This document shows, piece after piece, positions 49,625 through 60,564 of a stretch of 64,000 nt of DNA. The stretch's first letter is position 1, and every line of letters begins with the position of its first letter. A program made the translations under genes and the position numbers. Under the pieces are notes generated by a model. It saw nothing but the letters and a program-made list of their open reading frames with translations. It was not told where the DNA came from and did not search any database. The stretch comes from an uncultured bacterium (GTDB lineage: Bacteria; Babelota; Babeliae; Babelales; Babelaceae), in contig CAVRKK010000001.1 of the NCBI GenBank assembly GCA_963722385.1, positions 64,001-128,000 on the forward strand, written 5' to 3'.

Positions 49625-50085
49625 GATTTTCTGCAGTGCTTAAAAGGGTTCCAGAGGGCATATACTCCAGGCCCACCAATAATAATTGCAAGTGAAAAAA
49701 TTATTAAATTTAATGGGTATTCAAAGCCACCATTTTGAGCAAAGTACCCATGTGGCCAATGAACCACGAACACGGCCCCGATCATGACGCCAACGGCCAT
49801 CAAAGCGCCAATCTCGGAGGCAATCCCCGAAAGAAGCAAGATTCCACCAATAAATTCAGCAAACGCAGCAAGATACCCTAAAAATGTCGGTACGCCAAGC
49901 GAGCTTGTCCAATTAATAAAGCCCTTCAAGCCGGGGCCACCAAACCAGCCCAATACTTTTTGGGCGCCATGCGCAAAAAATATGCTTCCAAGCGCTAATC
50001 GCACTATCGTAAGCGCAATCTCTTGCTGGCGCCAGCAAGAACTCCCCTGTATTACTTCCATACCTACTTCCTTTCTCGTTACCAT
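49600..50085 (-). CDS. DoxX-family membrane protein
   Basis: RLALGSIFFAHGAQKVLGWFGGPG, AEFIGG, GGFEYP. Confidence 0.9.
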   Translation of the reverse strand: MVTRKEVGMEVIQGSSCWRQQEIALTIVRLALGSIFFAHGAQKVLGWFGGPGLKGFINWTSSLGVPTFLGYLAAFAEFIGGILLLSGIASEIGALMAVGVMIGAVFVVHWPHGYFAQNGGFEYPLNLIIFSLAIIIGGPGVYALWNPFKHCRKSCILSCSP

Positions 50086-50103
50086 GGTGCGGTCAGATAT
50101 TTA

Positions 50104-50499
50104 TCAAATTTTAGAGAATTTATTGATAAATTCAAGTGCGCCTTCAAGAGAAGGCACTTCATCGCTTTCATTGTTAAGCTCGTAAAGTGGGCCACTATAC
50201 GACTGGCCAAATAAGATATAGTCAGCGTAGGTATTAGGAAATTTGACAAGAATGGCATCTTTATTGTCGCCATCACGCGCTGAAATACGCTCAACCGCTT
50301 TATCATATGAGACGTTTAAGCGAATAACAACGTGGGGTATTTTATGTTGATAGAGAATATGGTCAATATTATTAAGCATTGGATAGTGGACCTCGAAAAT
50401 ACGCTCAGCATGCATCGGTTCAGTAAAAGTATGATCACCAATACCTACGTGTTGGCATAAGCTTGTCACAAGGAAAAAGATTAAGAACATTTTTACCAC
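50104..50499 (-). CDS. Small exported hypothetical protein
   Basis: Signal-like N-terminus after a GAGG RBS. Confidence 0.5.
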   Translation of the reverse strand: MVKMFLIFFLVTSLCQHVGIGDHTFTEPMHAERIFEVHYPMLNNIDHILYQHKIPHVVIRLNVSYDKAVERISARDGDNKDAILVKFPNTYADYILFGQSYSGPLYELNNESDEVPSLEGALEFINKFSKI

Positions 50500-50667
50500 G
50501 TCGGTTCCCTCATAATAATTATCAATAAAAATAGTTTAATGTTGTTGAAATAACACCTCAAGCATATTGTTGATCAATATTTTACAAACTAGCAATTATA
50601 GATAAAGACAGCAACTCTATACAACATTTGCAAGGCTTTGCTACGTTAGTCAAAAGGGAGAAAACCG

Positions 50668-51048
50668 ATGAACGAGATATTTGCGATCAAAAAAGTCCGG
50701 GAAGCTTGTCAGGTCTGCATAAAGCAATGCGAAGCCTGCAGGAACAACTGCCAAGATAGCATGGTGAAGCACGAAAGCTGTATAGCACTGTGCAAGGCAT
50801 GTATTAGAGCTTGCCAAGAATGTATTGATGCCTGTGGCAGCTATCTCGACCACGCCTTGACCGTCGAAGTGATCAAGGCCATGCAAGACTGCATAGCCGC
50901 TTGTCAACGATGTATTGATAAATGCTCAGTATGTATAGATGCGTGTCAATCAGGCGATAATGCAGCATGTCAGGCAGCACGACAAAATTGCGCACAAGCG
51001 TGTTATGAGTGTGTCAGTATCTGCAAAGTTGCTTTAAAAGAGATTTAG
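50668..51048 (+). CDS. Four-helix-bundle copper storage protein (Csp/DUF326-like)
   Basis: 22 Cys in 126 aa in CxxC/CxxxC spacing across four helices; no signal peptide. Confidence 0.8.
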   Translation: MNEIFAIKKVREACQVCIKQCEACRNNCQDSMVKHESCIALCKACIRACQECIDACGSYLDHALTVEVIKAMQDCIAACQRCIDKCSVCIDACQSGDNAACQAARQNCAQACYECVSICKVALKEI

Positions 51049-51124
51049 GTGACATTTTAACGCGACATGCTATGATATATAATAGTTTTAGAAGGAGTGC
51101 GTAACCCCAAAACGAAAGGGCACA

Positions 51125-51231
51125 ATGAGCGAACAACTTTATTTTGTTGACCTTTACATATCTTATCCAGCAATCACGACCACTTCCCTTCATACGCGAA
51201 CGACGAGGGCTTAAGCCCCTCTTTCTTTTTT
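51125..51231 (+). promoter_or_regulatory. Putative Thr-rich leader peptide and attenuator upstream of thrS
   Basis: ORF 51125-51214 MSEQLYFVDLYISYPAITTTSLHTRTTRA*, overlapping hairpin GAGGGC-ttaa-GCCCCTC plus T-run. Confidence 0.6.
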
Positions 51232-51311
51232 CCCTTAATCATTCATCTTCATCATTATAAGAAACGGCGTATACTAGTTATTAACAGTTTTTTACCCGTA
51301 AAGGCATATTT

Positions 51312-53048
51312 ATGAGCAAAAAGCATGACCTTAAAATCCTTCGGCATTCCGCAGCGCACCTGCTTGCGCACGCCGTCAGCGAGCTTTTTCCGGGCACCTT
51401 GTTAACGATTGGTCCGGCAACTGAAGAGGGTTTTTTTTACGACTTTCTGCCAGTTAAAAACTTCAAAGAAGAGGATTTGGTTCTTATAGAAGCGCGTATG
51501 CACATTCTTGCCGATAAAGATATACCCATTACGCACCAAGAAATAAGCAAAGAAGAAGCGCATGAGCTCTACAAAGACAACCCTTTTAAGCTTGAGCTTA
51601 TCGATGCAATACCTGGCGAAACCGTTGGGCTCTCCGTACAAGGCGACTTTTATGATCTCTGCCGTGGCGGCCATGTCGCATCTACCGGTCAGCTCAAGCA
51701 TTTCAAGCTTTTTGGAATTTCTGGTTCGTATTGGCGCGCAAATCGCGCAAACCCGGCACTCCAGCGAATCAGCGGCACTGCTTTTTTTACCAATGAGGAA
51801 CTTGCCGATTACGAGCACCAACAAGAACAAGCCCGCCTCTATGACCATCGAAGAATTGGCAAGCAACTTGACCTTTTTTCATTCCAAGAAGAAGGCGTTG
51901 GGTTTCCCTTCTTCCATCCCAGAGGCAAAGCCGTTCTTAATGTCCTCGTAGCACATATGAGAAAATTGCATGCTGAATACAATTATCAGGAAGTTAGTAC
52001 GCCAACGCTCTTGAATGTAAGCCTTTGGCAGCGCTCAGGCCACTACGACTATTACAAAGAAAATATGTACTTTTGTGATATTGACCAAACAAGATACGCA
52101 CTCAAGCCAATGAATTGCCCAGGGGCAATCTTGATCTATCAAAACCGGCCACGCTCATACAAGGAGCTACCGCTCAAGCTTGCCGAGTTTGGTCATGTTC
52201 ATCGGCACGAGTTATCTGGTGTACTTCATGGGCTCTTAAGGGTGCGTGCTTTTACGCAAGACGATGCGCATATCTTCTGCCAAGTCAGCCAACTGGAAGC
52301 AGAAATTCGGACTATCCTTGCTTTCATTAATCGCATATTGCGTACGTTCTCGTTCGGCAAAATTAAATTTGCCCTCTCCACCAAGCCCGATAAAGCTATG
52401 GGAAGCGAAGATGTTTGGGAAAAAGCAATAGTCGCCCTTGAGCGAGCACTTCAAGCAGAAGAATGCCCTTATGAGATTAAGCCCAAAGAAGGCGCATTCT
52501 ATGGGCCTAAAATTGAAGTCGATATCGAAGACTCGCTTAAGCGCTTATGGACCTGCAGCACCATTCAGGTTGATTTTTTACAGTCAGAAAATTTCGACTT
52601 GAGTTATATAGCAACAAGTGGCGAAAAAGAGCGGCCGGTTATAATTCACCAAGCAATCTACGGTTCGCTTGAGCGATTCTTTGCTATTTTGCTTGAACAT
52701 TACAAAGGCCAATTGCCGGTATGGCTTGCGCCTATACAAGCACGTATCTTGCCTATTACTGATGTGCAAAGGGCATATGCGGCAAAGCTTTATGCGGAGC
52801 TTAAGGGCCAGGGGCTACGCATTGAAGTCGACGAGAGCGGCGATCCTTTATCAGGCCAGATCAAGCGTGCTCAGGTAGAAAAAATTCCGTGGATGCTTAT
52901 TGTGGGACCAAAAGAAGAAGCAGCAGCGACCGTAACGCTTCGACATGCGACAGGGCAGCAAGAGCACGACGTTAAGCCAAGTGAACTCGCATATCGGGCC
53001 CTGCCTGAGGAGCGCGTATTGGAAAATAAGGCCCAGGTTTCTTCCTAA
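51312..53048 (+). CDS. thrS: Threonyl-tRNA synthetase (no N-terminal TGS domain)
   Basis: RHSAAHL, DLCRGGH, LKPMNCP, RVRAFTQDDAH, GAFYGPK, GSLERF. Confidence 0.97.
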   Translation: MSKKHDLKILRHSAAHLLAHAVSELFPGTLLTIGPATEEGFFYDFLPVKNFKEEDLVLIEARMHILADKDIPITHQEISKEEAHELYKDNPFKLELIDAIPGETVGLSVQGDFYDLCRGGHVASTGQLKHFKLFGISGSYWRANRANPALQRISGTAFFTNEELADYEHQQEQARLYDHRRIGKQLDLFSFQEEGVGFPFFHPRGKAVLNVLVAHMRKLHAEYNYQEVSTPTLLNVSLWQRSGHYDYYKENMYFCDIDQTRYALKPMNCPGAILIYQNRPRSYKELPLKLAEFGHVHRHELSGVLHGLLRVRAFTQDDAHIFCQVSQLEAEIRTILAFINRILRTFSFGKIKFALSTKPDKAMGSEDVWEKAIVALERALQAEECPYEIKPKEGAFYGPKIEVDIEDSLKRLWTCSTIQVDFLQSENFDLSYIATSGEKERPVIIHQAIYGSLERFFAILLEHYKGQLPVWLAPIQARILPITDVQRAYAAKLYAELKGQGLRIEVDESGDPLSGQIKRAQVEKIPWMLIVGPKEEAAATVTLRHATGQQEHDVKPSELAYRALPEERVLENKAQVSS

Positions 53049-53093
53049 ATTAGGGGTCTTCGTGCTATAACATTCCCAGCAGAGGGAGGAAGC

Positions 53094-54293
53094 ATGACAC
53101 GAAGATACACACTGGTTCGTAGAGCGCTTTGTATAAGCATATTAATACTAAGAACGCCCATGGTCGGAGCGCTCGACTATGGGCATTTTTACCGTGCTGC
53201 TTTCTGGCGCGGAGAACCTCGCACCGCGAAGCCGTTCATTTCGAGCCTCAATGTCGTATTTGGTGGAGCATCGGCAAGTACCTCATTTAATAGCCAGGGC
53301 GAGAAAGTCCCCCTTTTAGCTATTTTTGGCCATGAAGACCTTAAGGAACTGGGCGTGATTCCTGCTCATATGGCGCGGCCATGCAAAGACCTTTCTTTTG
53401 CAGGACAGTTCAGCCTTTTGGAGATGCAGCTCGATTACGTGGTAAATCTGGATAATGGTTTTTTTGGCCAGCTTCATTTTCCTGTTCGATCTTTTTTATT
53501 ATCAGATATACGGCCGAGTCAGACGACGGGGAAGTGCGAGCGCGCGTCCGAAGCACTTTTCAACGACCTAAAGCATCACGCTCTTGAGCTGAAAACAATT
53601 AATAAAACAGGCTTTGGGGACTTGACGATTCTTGGAGGGTGGGCTGGCTCAAGCTCTGAGAGCACTACTTTTGACTTTATTGATGTAAGTGGCCGTATAG
53701 GGGTTCTCTTCCCCACGGCATCGCGGGGCGAGCCCTGTAACGGCAATCTATGTAACATTATGTCTCTAGGGCAAGGCGGTGCCTTTGCTTTTCCGGTGAG
53801 CGCCAGTGCAGCGGTAGGCTTTTTAAACTGGCTCAGCTGTGGCGTGTACGGGCTTGGTTTATTCTTTCTTGAACGGACTGATATGTCCTTTTTGCGCACA
53901 AGCCATCGCCAGGAGGGATTCATAAGGGTTGTATCCGCTGATACCTTGGTTAAGGATGGTACGTTATGGGATTTCATTACGTACGTCAAAGCAGACCATT
54001 TTATACGCGGCCTTTCGTTGATCATAGGCTATAGCTATAACCAAAAGGACCCAACCTCGGTGCGGCCTTTTTCGGGAAAACATGACCTTAGTGTCATAAG
54101 CGGTGATCCAACACTTTTAGGCTGGAATATGCACGTAATTAACTTTTTTGGCGAGTATGATTGGTCAAATGAGGATAATCCGCTTGGCCCCCGCTTGGCA
54201 ATTCAGTATAACTATATTTTTAAGGGCCAGCGAATCTTTAACGCATCAACAGCAGGCGGGACGGTAGGTATCGACTTCCAGTGGCGATTTTAA
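53094..54293 (+). CDS. Putative outer-membrane beta-barrel protein
   Basis: Signal peptide, alternating beta-strand pattern, C-terminal GIDFQWRF. Confidence 0.55.
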   Translation: MTRRYTLVRRALCISILILRTPMVGALDYGHFYRAAFWRGEPRTAKPFISSLNVVFGGASASTSFNSQGEKVPLLAIFGHEDLKELGVIPAHMARPCKDLSFAGQFSLLEMQLDYVVNLDNGFFGQLHFPVRSFLLSDIRPSQTTGKCERASEALFNDLKHHALELKTINKTGFGDLTILGGWAGSSSESTTFDFIDVSGRIGVLFPTASRGEPCNGNLCNIMSLGQGGAFAFPVSASAAVGFLNWLSCGVYGLGLFFLERTDMSFLRTSHRQEGFIRVVSADTLVKDGTLWDFITYVKADHFIRGLSLIIGYSYNQKDPTSVRPFSGKHDLSVISGDPTLLGWNMHVINFFGEYDWSNEDNPLGPRLAIQYNYIFKGQRIFNASTAGGTVGIDFQWRF

Positions 54294-54696
54294 AATTTGA
54301 TTCGTTCAGAAAAGTTCGCAAGAGCGCTCATGGTCGAAATTCAGTCGTGGCCAAAGCTCACCAATGCGATAAATAATAGCAAGCTAAATTTCATGAATGG
54401 CCTTTCAATAGGGGCCTCAAAAATCACCATAGCTGTTTGCCAGGCTGCCAGGGGCGGGCAGAAATGGCGCAAAATTACGCGACATCATTTTAACATGCTT
54501 GCCGGCCTTTGCAACCACTTTCTCTGAAGATTCTTGCAGAGCTTTTCAGTCGCCATTGCCTATCTCCTGATTATGTTAGCAAGCATTCCATTGCCAATAT
54601 TTCAATTATAAAACTATTGAATTTTTAATCTGCAAACTGATACCATGAGATTAATGGGGGGAGTAGTAATGATCGCAATTTTAAAGGGGAGGTTTT

Positions 54697-55158
54697 ATGA
54701 AAAGGATACTTTTAGGAATAGCTTTAGCAAGCATTACTTTAGGGGCGTACGCATTACACGAAAGCAAGCCTCAAGATAGAGCAATAGATAACTTGATTGC
54801 CTATAATAAAATGGAAAAGGGCCACACGTATGATTGGGTTGAACTTTCGCGGAAGTTTCATGATGCAAAATCCAAACTGATCGAGAAGCACCATATCGAG
54901 TGTGCAGACCTACACGATGAGATGTTGCATCTAATCAAGAAGGAAGGATGCAGCGAAGATGTGTTCGAAGAAAAACTCGATCACAAGATCGCTCTCCACG
55001 AAAAGCAAGTAGAAGAGTGGCGTGCCTTATGTGAAGGCCATTCTAAAGACGCTATGAAGTTTTACCATGCACACAAGCAAGAGCTGGAGCAATTCAAAAA
55101 GCACGTTGGCTTTGAGAATGAAGCACCGTCAGGCGCTGAAAAAGAGGCGTGTGATTAA
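54697..55158 (+). CDS. Exported His/Glu-rich helical protein
   Basis: Strong RBS GGAGG, signal peptide (AYA|LH), followed by a terminator. Confidence 0.75.
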   Translation: MKRILLGIALASITLGAYALHESKPQDRAIDNLIAYNKMEKGHTYDWVELSRKFHDAKSKLIEKHHIECADLHDEMLHLIKKEGCSEDVFEEKLDHKIALHEKQVEEWRALCEGHSKDAMKFYHAHKQELEQFKKHVGFENEAPSGAEKEACD

Positions 55159-55180
55159 ATATTAAGAGAGCTTAATTAAA

Positions 55181-55213
55181 TGACAGGCTAGGAAATTAAT
55201 TCCTAGCCTGTCA
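55181..55213. terminator. Terminator-like hairpin
   Basis: TGACAGGCTAGGAA-attaa-TTCCTAGCCTGTCA perfect 14-bp stem. Confidence 0.75.
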
Positions 55214-55326
55214 GACCTCAAAATTAAAACAGATGTTTTAATTTTCAAACTATTAATATCGCAAACAGGACAACAATGTAATAATAACTCATAGCGCGTT
55301 TGCTATTAAAAAGTACTAAAGGAGAA

Positions 55327-56325
55327 ATGATGTTCGACAACACCAGAAACTATAAAATGATTTTTCTGCTGTGCATGGCTCAATCAGCTCTATGTTTAGC
55401 GCCTATTGAAGAAAAAATGCCCCCTGTGGAAGTAGAGCATCCAGAGACAGGTGAGCGTGAAATTACCCCCAAGAGAACCCCAGGGAAGCCCCAACCAACT
55501 TCGCCGGAACAAGGCGAAGAGATGCAGCCTCCTTCAGGTGGAGGTGGAACTGAAGAAGCTGGGGGTGCCGTTAATGTACCGACTATTCCTGTTGGTGAGG
55601 GAAAACCTGAAGGCGGCGTTATCGTTACACCTGGAAACCTTTCTGACCTTTCACCAGCAAATCTGGGTGAGACCTTAGCCGCTAATTCTAATTTTGTGCC
55701 TGAAACGGCAGGGTTTTCACTCCTCAGTACTTTTTCAGATGCTCAGTTTAGAGTGGTACAAAACGTATTTGATGCCTTTTTTGATACGACGTATGATATG
55801 GGACGTGTCATGGGCAAAGTAGCTGAGACTTTGGGCGAAGCGCTGTCGTCTCGTTCTCCAGCAGCTGCGAGGGTCCTGGATCGTCTTGCTGATATTCTCG
55901 ATATTTTGGTAAACCACATAGATGCATTAAAAAAATTAAGCGCACGAAACCTAGAAAAGGTTAGAACCGAGGTCGGTTCAGGTATGGACGCTCTTGCTTC
56001 GGGACGCTTGCTTGCGGAGATCGGCTCTGATGCCGTTCGCGCTCTCCGGCGAATCATTAATGTAGTGCAGCAAATAAATATTTACCAGAACCTTTTATCA
56101 GAGTCCGCCATTTTGGGTTTTGATATTAAAACAGAGAACCCGTTGGATGTAGATCACGCTTACGACAAACTATATACTCAGCTTGTAACCAGATCTGATA
56201 TACCGGAGTCAGAAAAGCGCGCGAAAGAATATAAGCTAGCTCGCGATATAGCCATAAAGAACATCAAAAGGCTTAATCAACTAAGAGAGCAATATACTGT
56301 GCTTAGCGAGCCCAGAAAGAAATAA
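55327..56325 (+). CDS. Exported hypothetical protein with P/E/G-rich N-region
   Basis: RBS AGGAG, signal-like segment, helical C-terminal half. Confidence 0.65.
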   Translation: MMFDNTRNYKMIFLLCMAQSALCLAPIEEKMPPVEVEHPETGEREITPKRTPGKPQPTSPEQGEEMQPPSGGGGTEEAGGAVNVPTIPVGEGKPEGGVIVTPGNLSDLSPANLGETLAANSNFVPETAGFSLLSTFSDAQFRVVQNVFDAFFDTTYDMGRVMGKVAETLGEALSSRSPAAARVLDRLADILDILVNHIDALKKLSARNLEKVRTEVGSGMDALASGRLLAEIGSDAVRALRRIINVVQQINIYQNLLSESAILGFDIKTENPLDVDHAYDKLYTQLVTRSDIPESEKRAKEYKLARDIAIKNIKRLNQLREQYTVLSEPRKK

Positions 56326-56418
56326 ATTTTTGATATAAAGCGCATCATTGACAAATTGGCTATACGCTGCGTATGCTATTAGTTACAAGTTCGAAAGTTT
56401 ATTAAAGGCGAGGTTGAG

Positions 56419-56982
56419 ATGAATATAAATACATTAAAACTTTTAGCAATATTTTTTGCTGCGGCAAGCGTGGAAACGCTCGTTGCGGGAATTGATCGCT
56501 ACCAATCAGTAAGGCAGCTTCCAACAATTATTAAGGCGACTGAAAAAAGTCGTACATTGACGGTTAGCAAAGAGCATATGTGCGGCATTGGGGTGCCCTG
56601 TCGCATGGTTTCTATCTGGAAGCCTCTGGTTATTTATGAAATTGTCCTCCAAAATAATGAAAAATTTGATTTAATTCTTGGCACCAACGCAGATAGTCAA
56701 AAAGAAGGGCAAGCTCTTCTCAAAAAATTTACGGTGCGCCCCGGAGATCAAATCTGTTACAGCGATTATACTCACAGCTCATTTCCATCCATGATAGCAT
56801 CTCGTGCTGAACCTTCTCTTGCAAGCCACTCATGCGTTTTCCCAATACTTTATAGAGATGGCAAGACTTTGTTAGCATATAATCTTAAGTTGTGCGGCAA
56901 GTCTATCGAAATAACGAAGGCTCGTGGACAGCAACAAGATCCAGGAATGAATCCGCACCTTTTATGTCCCCTCGTCGATTAA
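56419..56982 (+). CDS. Exported hypothetical protein
   Basis: TTGACA/TGCTATT promoter-like sequence, GAGG RBS, signal peptide. Confidence 0.65.
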   Translation: MNINTLKLLAIFFAAASVETLVAGIDRYQSVRQLPTIIKATEKSRTLTVSKEHMCGIGVPCRMVSIWKPLVIYEIVLQNNEKFDLILGTNADSQKEGQALLKKFTVRPGDQICYSDYTHSSFPSMIASRAEPSLASHSCVFPILYRDGKTLLAYNLKLCGKSIEITKARGQQQDPGMNPHLLCPLVD

Positions 56983-57154
56983 AGTCGGTTTTGATGGGCG
57001 ACGCACAATAAAAAGGCTCTCTTCTTTCATATCTCATCATTTTTAGCAATTTGAATCAAAAGCTACTTAAAATATATATTTTACTCTAATTTGCTATAGT
57101 GAAATTAAAACGGTAGACTATTGTTACAATATTATTGTCTGTTTGAAAGGTTTT

Positions 57155-58513
57155 ATGAAATTTTCATTTGCAAAAGGACTTGTGGTGCTTGTGCTTGTCG
57201 TAATGCCTCTGGTCGGCATGGAAGACCCAAGACAACCTTTACCTCAGGGAGAGGATGCTCAAATGAGCCTATCGGCTAAAACATGCAATCCTCAGGCACA
57301 ACGTTTGCTTTTGGATGCTCTCTCGTGCGATATCTTGGATTACCATGCGGTGTCATTGGCCCTTGAGCAAGGAGCTAATCCTTCTTCTTGGTGTAACGAT
57401 CTTGACGACGAGCTTTATCGTCCCCCACTCTTTTATGCACTCAGCCACATCGATATTGATGAAAATGGGCAAGTCAGGCCGGATGTTTTCGAAATAATCA
57501 AGCTGCTTATTGATTGCGGGGCTGACGTTAATGCTGATTTTAAATCAACTACCCCTCTTAAATATTATTTGAGTAAACATAGCAATACCCAAGTTCTAAC
57601 TTTTTTACTCGACCAAGGTGCCAGTATATGGGTAAAGCCTGGAGGGCTTATCAAATATGTGCTCAAGTCAAAAGATGTTTTTTTTGCCTTGATGGCGTAT
57701 GGCTTTTGTTTTAATGAATGGATAGCCCAAATGGCCAAATTTGCCAAACACCTGAAAAAGGTTAGCAACAAGCCCGGAGCAATCTCTGAATTTAAGGATC
57801 CGCTCTCCTGGTTGCTTGTGCGAAAAGTTCCCGTTGATAGGTCAAGCTTCTAGCGTAATCTTGGTCGCTGTTTCAAGAAGTCTTTACTTCTGCACCTAGC
57901 TTATCATGAGACAAAGAAAGCTTCCTCTATGCTTGAAAAAATGGCTTGCCGCCTGGAAGGTTTAGAAAATGTTGGCTCTTTAGCATGCTCGTCTGATACT
58001 GCCCTTCTTATAAATAAGGCTTTTAAGATGGCAGCTGCTTATGGCCTTACCGATATTGTATCGCTAATCGGGAAAAAATTCAGATTTCTTTTGAGGCCAA
58101 AAGCACTCCAAGAAGCTTTTTGGAGTGCTGCTCTGACAGGATCTCTTGGCGTTCTTGAAATTCTGTACCGAGAAGGCGCTATCGAAGAACATTTATCTCA
58201 AGATACCATTACCGATGCACTGGTAATAGCCGCTGCTCAACGCCATGACGATGTGGTACGATTTCTGCTCGATCTTGACCATGCGTTGGCTCCGTGCACA
58301 GGTCTCGTCTCTGAGCTTGACCTTGCTAACTTAGTTAGCCACCTTTGCATGCTAACGTAAGATAAGCATATGCCCCGACATGTACGCTTAAGATATGAAC
58401 AAATCAAAGCAATGATCATCCAGCAGGTTGAGTTAAGAACGATAACACATCGAGCAATAGGCATTCCCTCTTTGCCTGTAGCTCCAGCACCTAATTTTTT
58501 TATCGGAAGCTAA
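57155..58513 (+). pseudogene. Secreted ankyrin-family gene interrupted by two in-frame stops
   Basis: ORFs 57143..57853 and 57929..58360 are in the same frame; reading through TAG 57851 and TAA 58358 gives a protein colinear with the 18534, 20236 and 60565 paralogs. Confidence 0.75.
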
Positions 58514-58915
58514 CTCGATTTCTTTCTCGCCTAATCACCGTAGAATAGTAGGTGATAGGCTAGGCACAAACACGAAGAGCTACAACGCGACCTATTTCAC
58601 GGCTTATCTCATCTAGAAGATTCTCTTCTTCTATCTCTCCTCGGTCAAGTCTTTCAAATACGCTCGAGACAATATTTAATAGCCGTGGGAAGAGAACAAC
58701 GAGCGAACTAAAAACAATATTTGCGAAAACGCATAAAACACCCCTGAGCACATCTTGCTCCGGTTAAATTTTTTACAAGACCGCAAAGCTGAAAACTTTT
58801 GATATTAATTCTGAATTGAATCTTGACTTAAGCAATATCGCTATGATAGCATTATTTACAATTGAAGTTATAATAGCAATAAATTAATACGTGGGTTAAC
58901 TGAAAAGGAAAAATC

Positions 58916-59656
58916 ATGACACAATTATATCTCCTTTTGCTATGCTTGATCAGCTTCGGGGCATTGGCGCAAGATGAGTATGAGTGGCCAATTGGTGGAC
59001 ATCTTACCGAAGAGCAGAAAGAAAATGCCAGAGAAATAGAAGATTTTCTTGAAACGCAGAATCCTCGGGTTGTGGAAAGAATAAGGCAAAGCCCGCAAGC
59101 ATATATTAAGTTTATAGAAGAGCCTTTAAAGAAGATACGCGAGCATAGAAAAAATTGTAATGGGGTAGCACGGTATAGCATACAGCGAGATAAAGAAGAA
59201 ATAATTCGATTATTCAACGATAATTGGTATTGGCTCATAGCTACAGGAACTGAGTTCGATCCTGCAATGTTTTTAAACACAGGCGATAAGCAGCTCAGGG
59301 GAAAAAGCAAATCGGATTCCAAGATTTTTGTATATTGCGTCCAAGGAAAGCCCGTAGCGTTTATTGCTTATTATAAGGTGGGGCCACATACTGGCAAATT
59401 TCGATTTGTTGGCAACAATAAATATGATGATAAAAATTATGAGCACGTCGAGCAACTTGTGCAATTTGCCATAAATGACTTGAAAAAAATGGGTGTGTAC
59501 CAGATCGAATTGATTACCAGACTCAATAATGTGCGAGATATAGCTCTTTACAAAAAACTTGGTTTTCGTGAAATTGATCGTTTTGGTGATGATGAAGAGC
59601 ATGAAGATAGGTACGTAGAATTAAGAAAATCATTTATTCTTGAAGGAGATGTGTAA
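58916..59656 (+). CDS. GNAT-like acetyltransferase with signal peptide
   Basis: PVAFIAY..., IELITRLNNVRDIALYKKLGF (GNAT motif B-like). Confidence 0.7.
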   Translation: MTQLYLLLLCLISFGALAQDEYEWPIGGHLTEEQKENAREIEDFLETQNPRVVERIRQSPQAYIKFIEEPLKKIREHRKNCNGVARYSIQRDKEEIIRLFNDNWYWLIATGTEFDPAMFLNTGDKQLRGKSKSDSKIFVYCVQGKPVAFIAYYKVGPHTGKFRFVGNNKYDDKNYEHVEQLVQFAINDLKKMGVYQIELITRLNNVRDIALYKKLGFREIDRFGDDEEHEDRYVELRKSFILEGDV

Positions 59657-59840
59657 CATAACGTAAGCTTCTAGCATCTTTTCCCAAAGAGCCTTTACCG
59701 CAGCAGGCGATCATTTTAAGAAAGGGCGCTAAAGCTCTTTTACAAGAGGTTATCGGTGCTCTAGCGCAAGTGCGGCCAATTCCCTTCATATAACGCAAAA
59801 CACATAACCTATGCTGTGTTAAAAAAGCTGAGCACGAAGG

Positions 59841-60272
59841 CTATGAGTTTGGCTCCTCTTCGGTATAATATTTGATGAGGTAAGCAACAAGTTCACAGTA
59901 TTGCAAAACTTGTACTGCTGCATAAGTGCCGAGCATACCGTGAGCTAGTATTGATTCAGAAAAATATTTAGTAATGAGCAAAATTATAGCAGCATTGGTA
60001 AGTGCGACACCGGTAGCTAAGCCTGTTAAAAATTCTAATCGTTCTGCAAATGGCAACGCAATTATTTCCTTTAAGATGCCTTCTTCTTCCTCGGTATAGT
60101 AACTTTCACGCGTAGCTCTCGTCCAAGGTGATTTTACTGCAAGTTTTATTCCTTCGACGATATCTTCAAGAGCCCCTACAGGATTATATCGATTAGGCCT
60201 TGAAGATTCCTGGCCAACCAGAGGCAAAAATAGACTTAAGCACACCAATGCTGCAAAAAAATAGTTTTTCAT
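59841..60272 (-). CDS. Hypothetical membrane/exported protein
   Basis: Signal peptide plus two hydrophobic segments. Confidence 0.6.
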   Translation of the reverse strand: MKNYFFAALVCLSLFLPLVGQESSRPNRYNPVGALEDIVEGIKLAVKSPWTRATRESYYTEEEEGILKEIIALPFAERLEFLTGLATGVALTNAAIILLITKYFSESILAHGMLGTYAAVQVLQYCELVAYLIKYYTEEEPNS

Positions 60273-60564
60273 TAATTGTTCCTGAATTCAATAATAAAGA
60301 GCTATAGTTTATTTATAAAAATGCATATTAACAATCAGAATATGCCTTGGCCAAACAATGCCATTTTTCAAATAAATGCATGTCTACAAGTGTAAAGGAA
60401 AATTAACGGTTATTCCAGGCTCTTACTTCATAAGAACGAAACGAACCTGCGCATTTTTGCCAATCGACAAATAGAATAAAAATTATTAAGCTTGATTTTT
60501 ATATCAAATATATGTTAATGTTAATTTAAAGTTTGATAATTGATAATTAATCAGGAAATGTTTT

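Noticed and set aside
57851..58360. Stop-codon reassignment or programmed readthrough
   Set aside because: Two different stop codons are involved, and TAG/TAA terminate core genes normally in this window.
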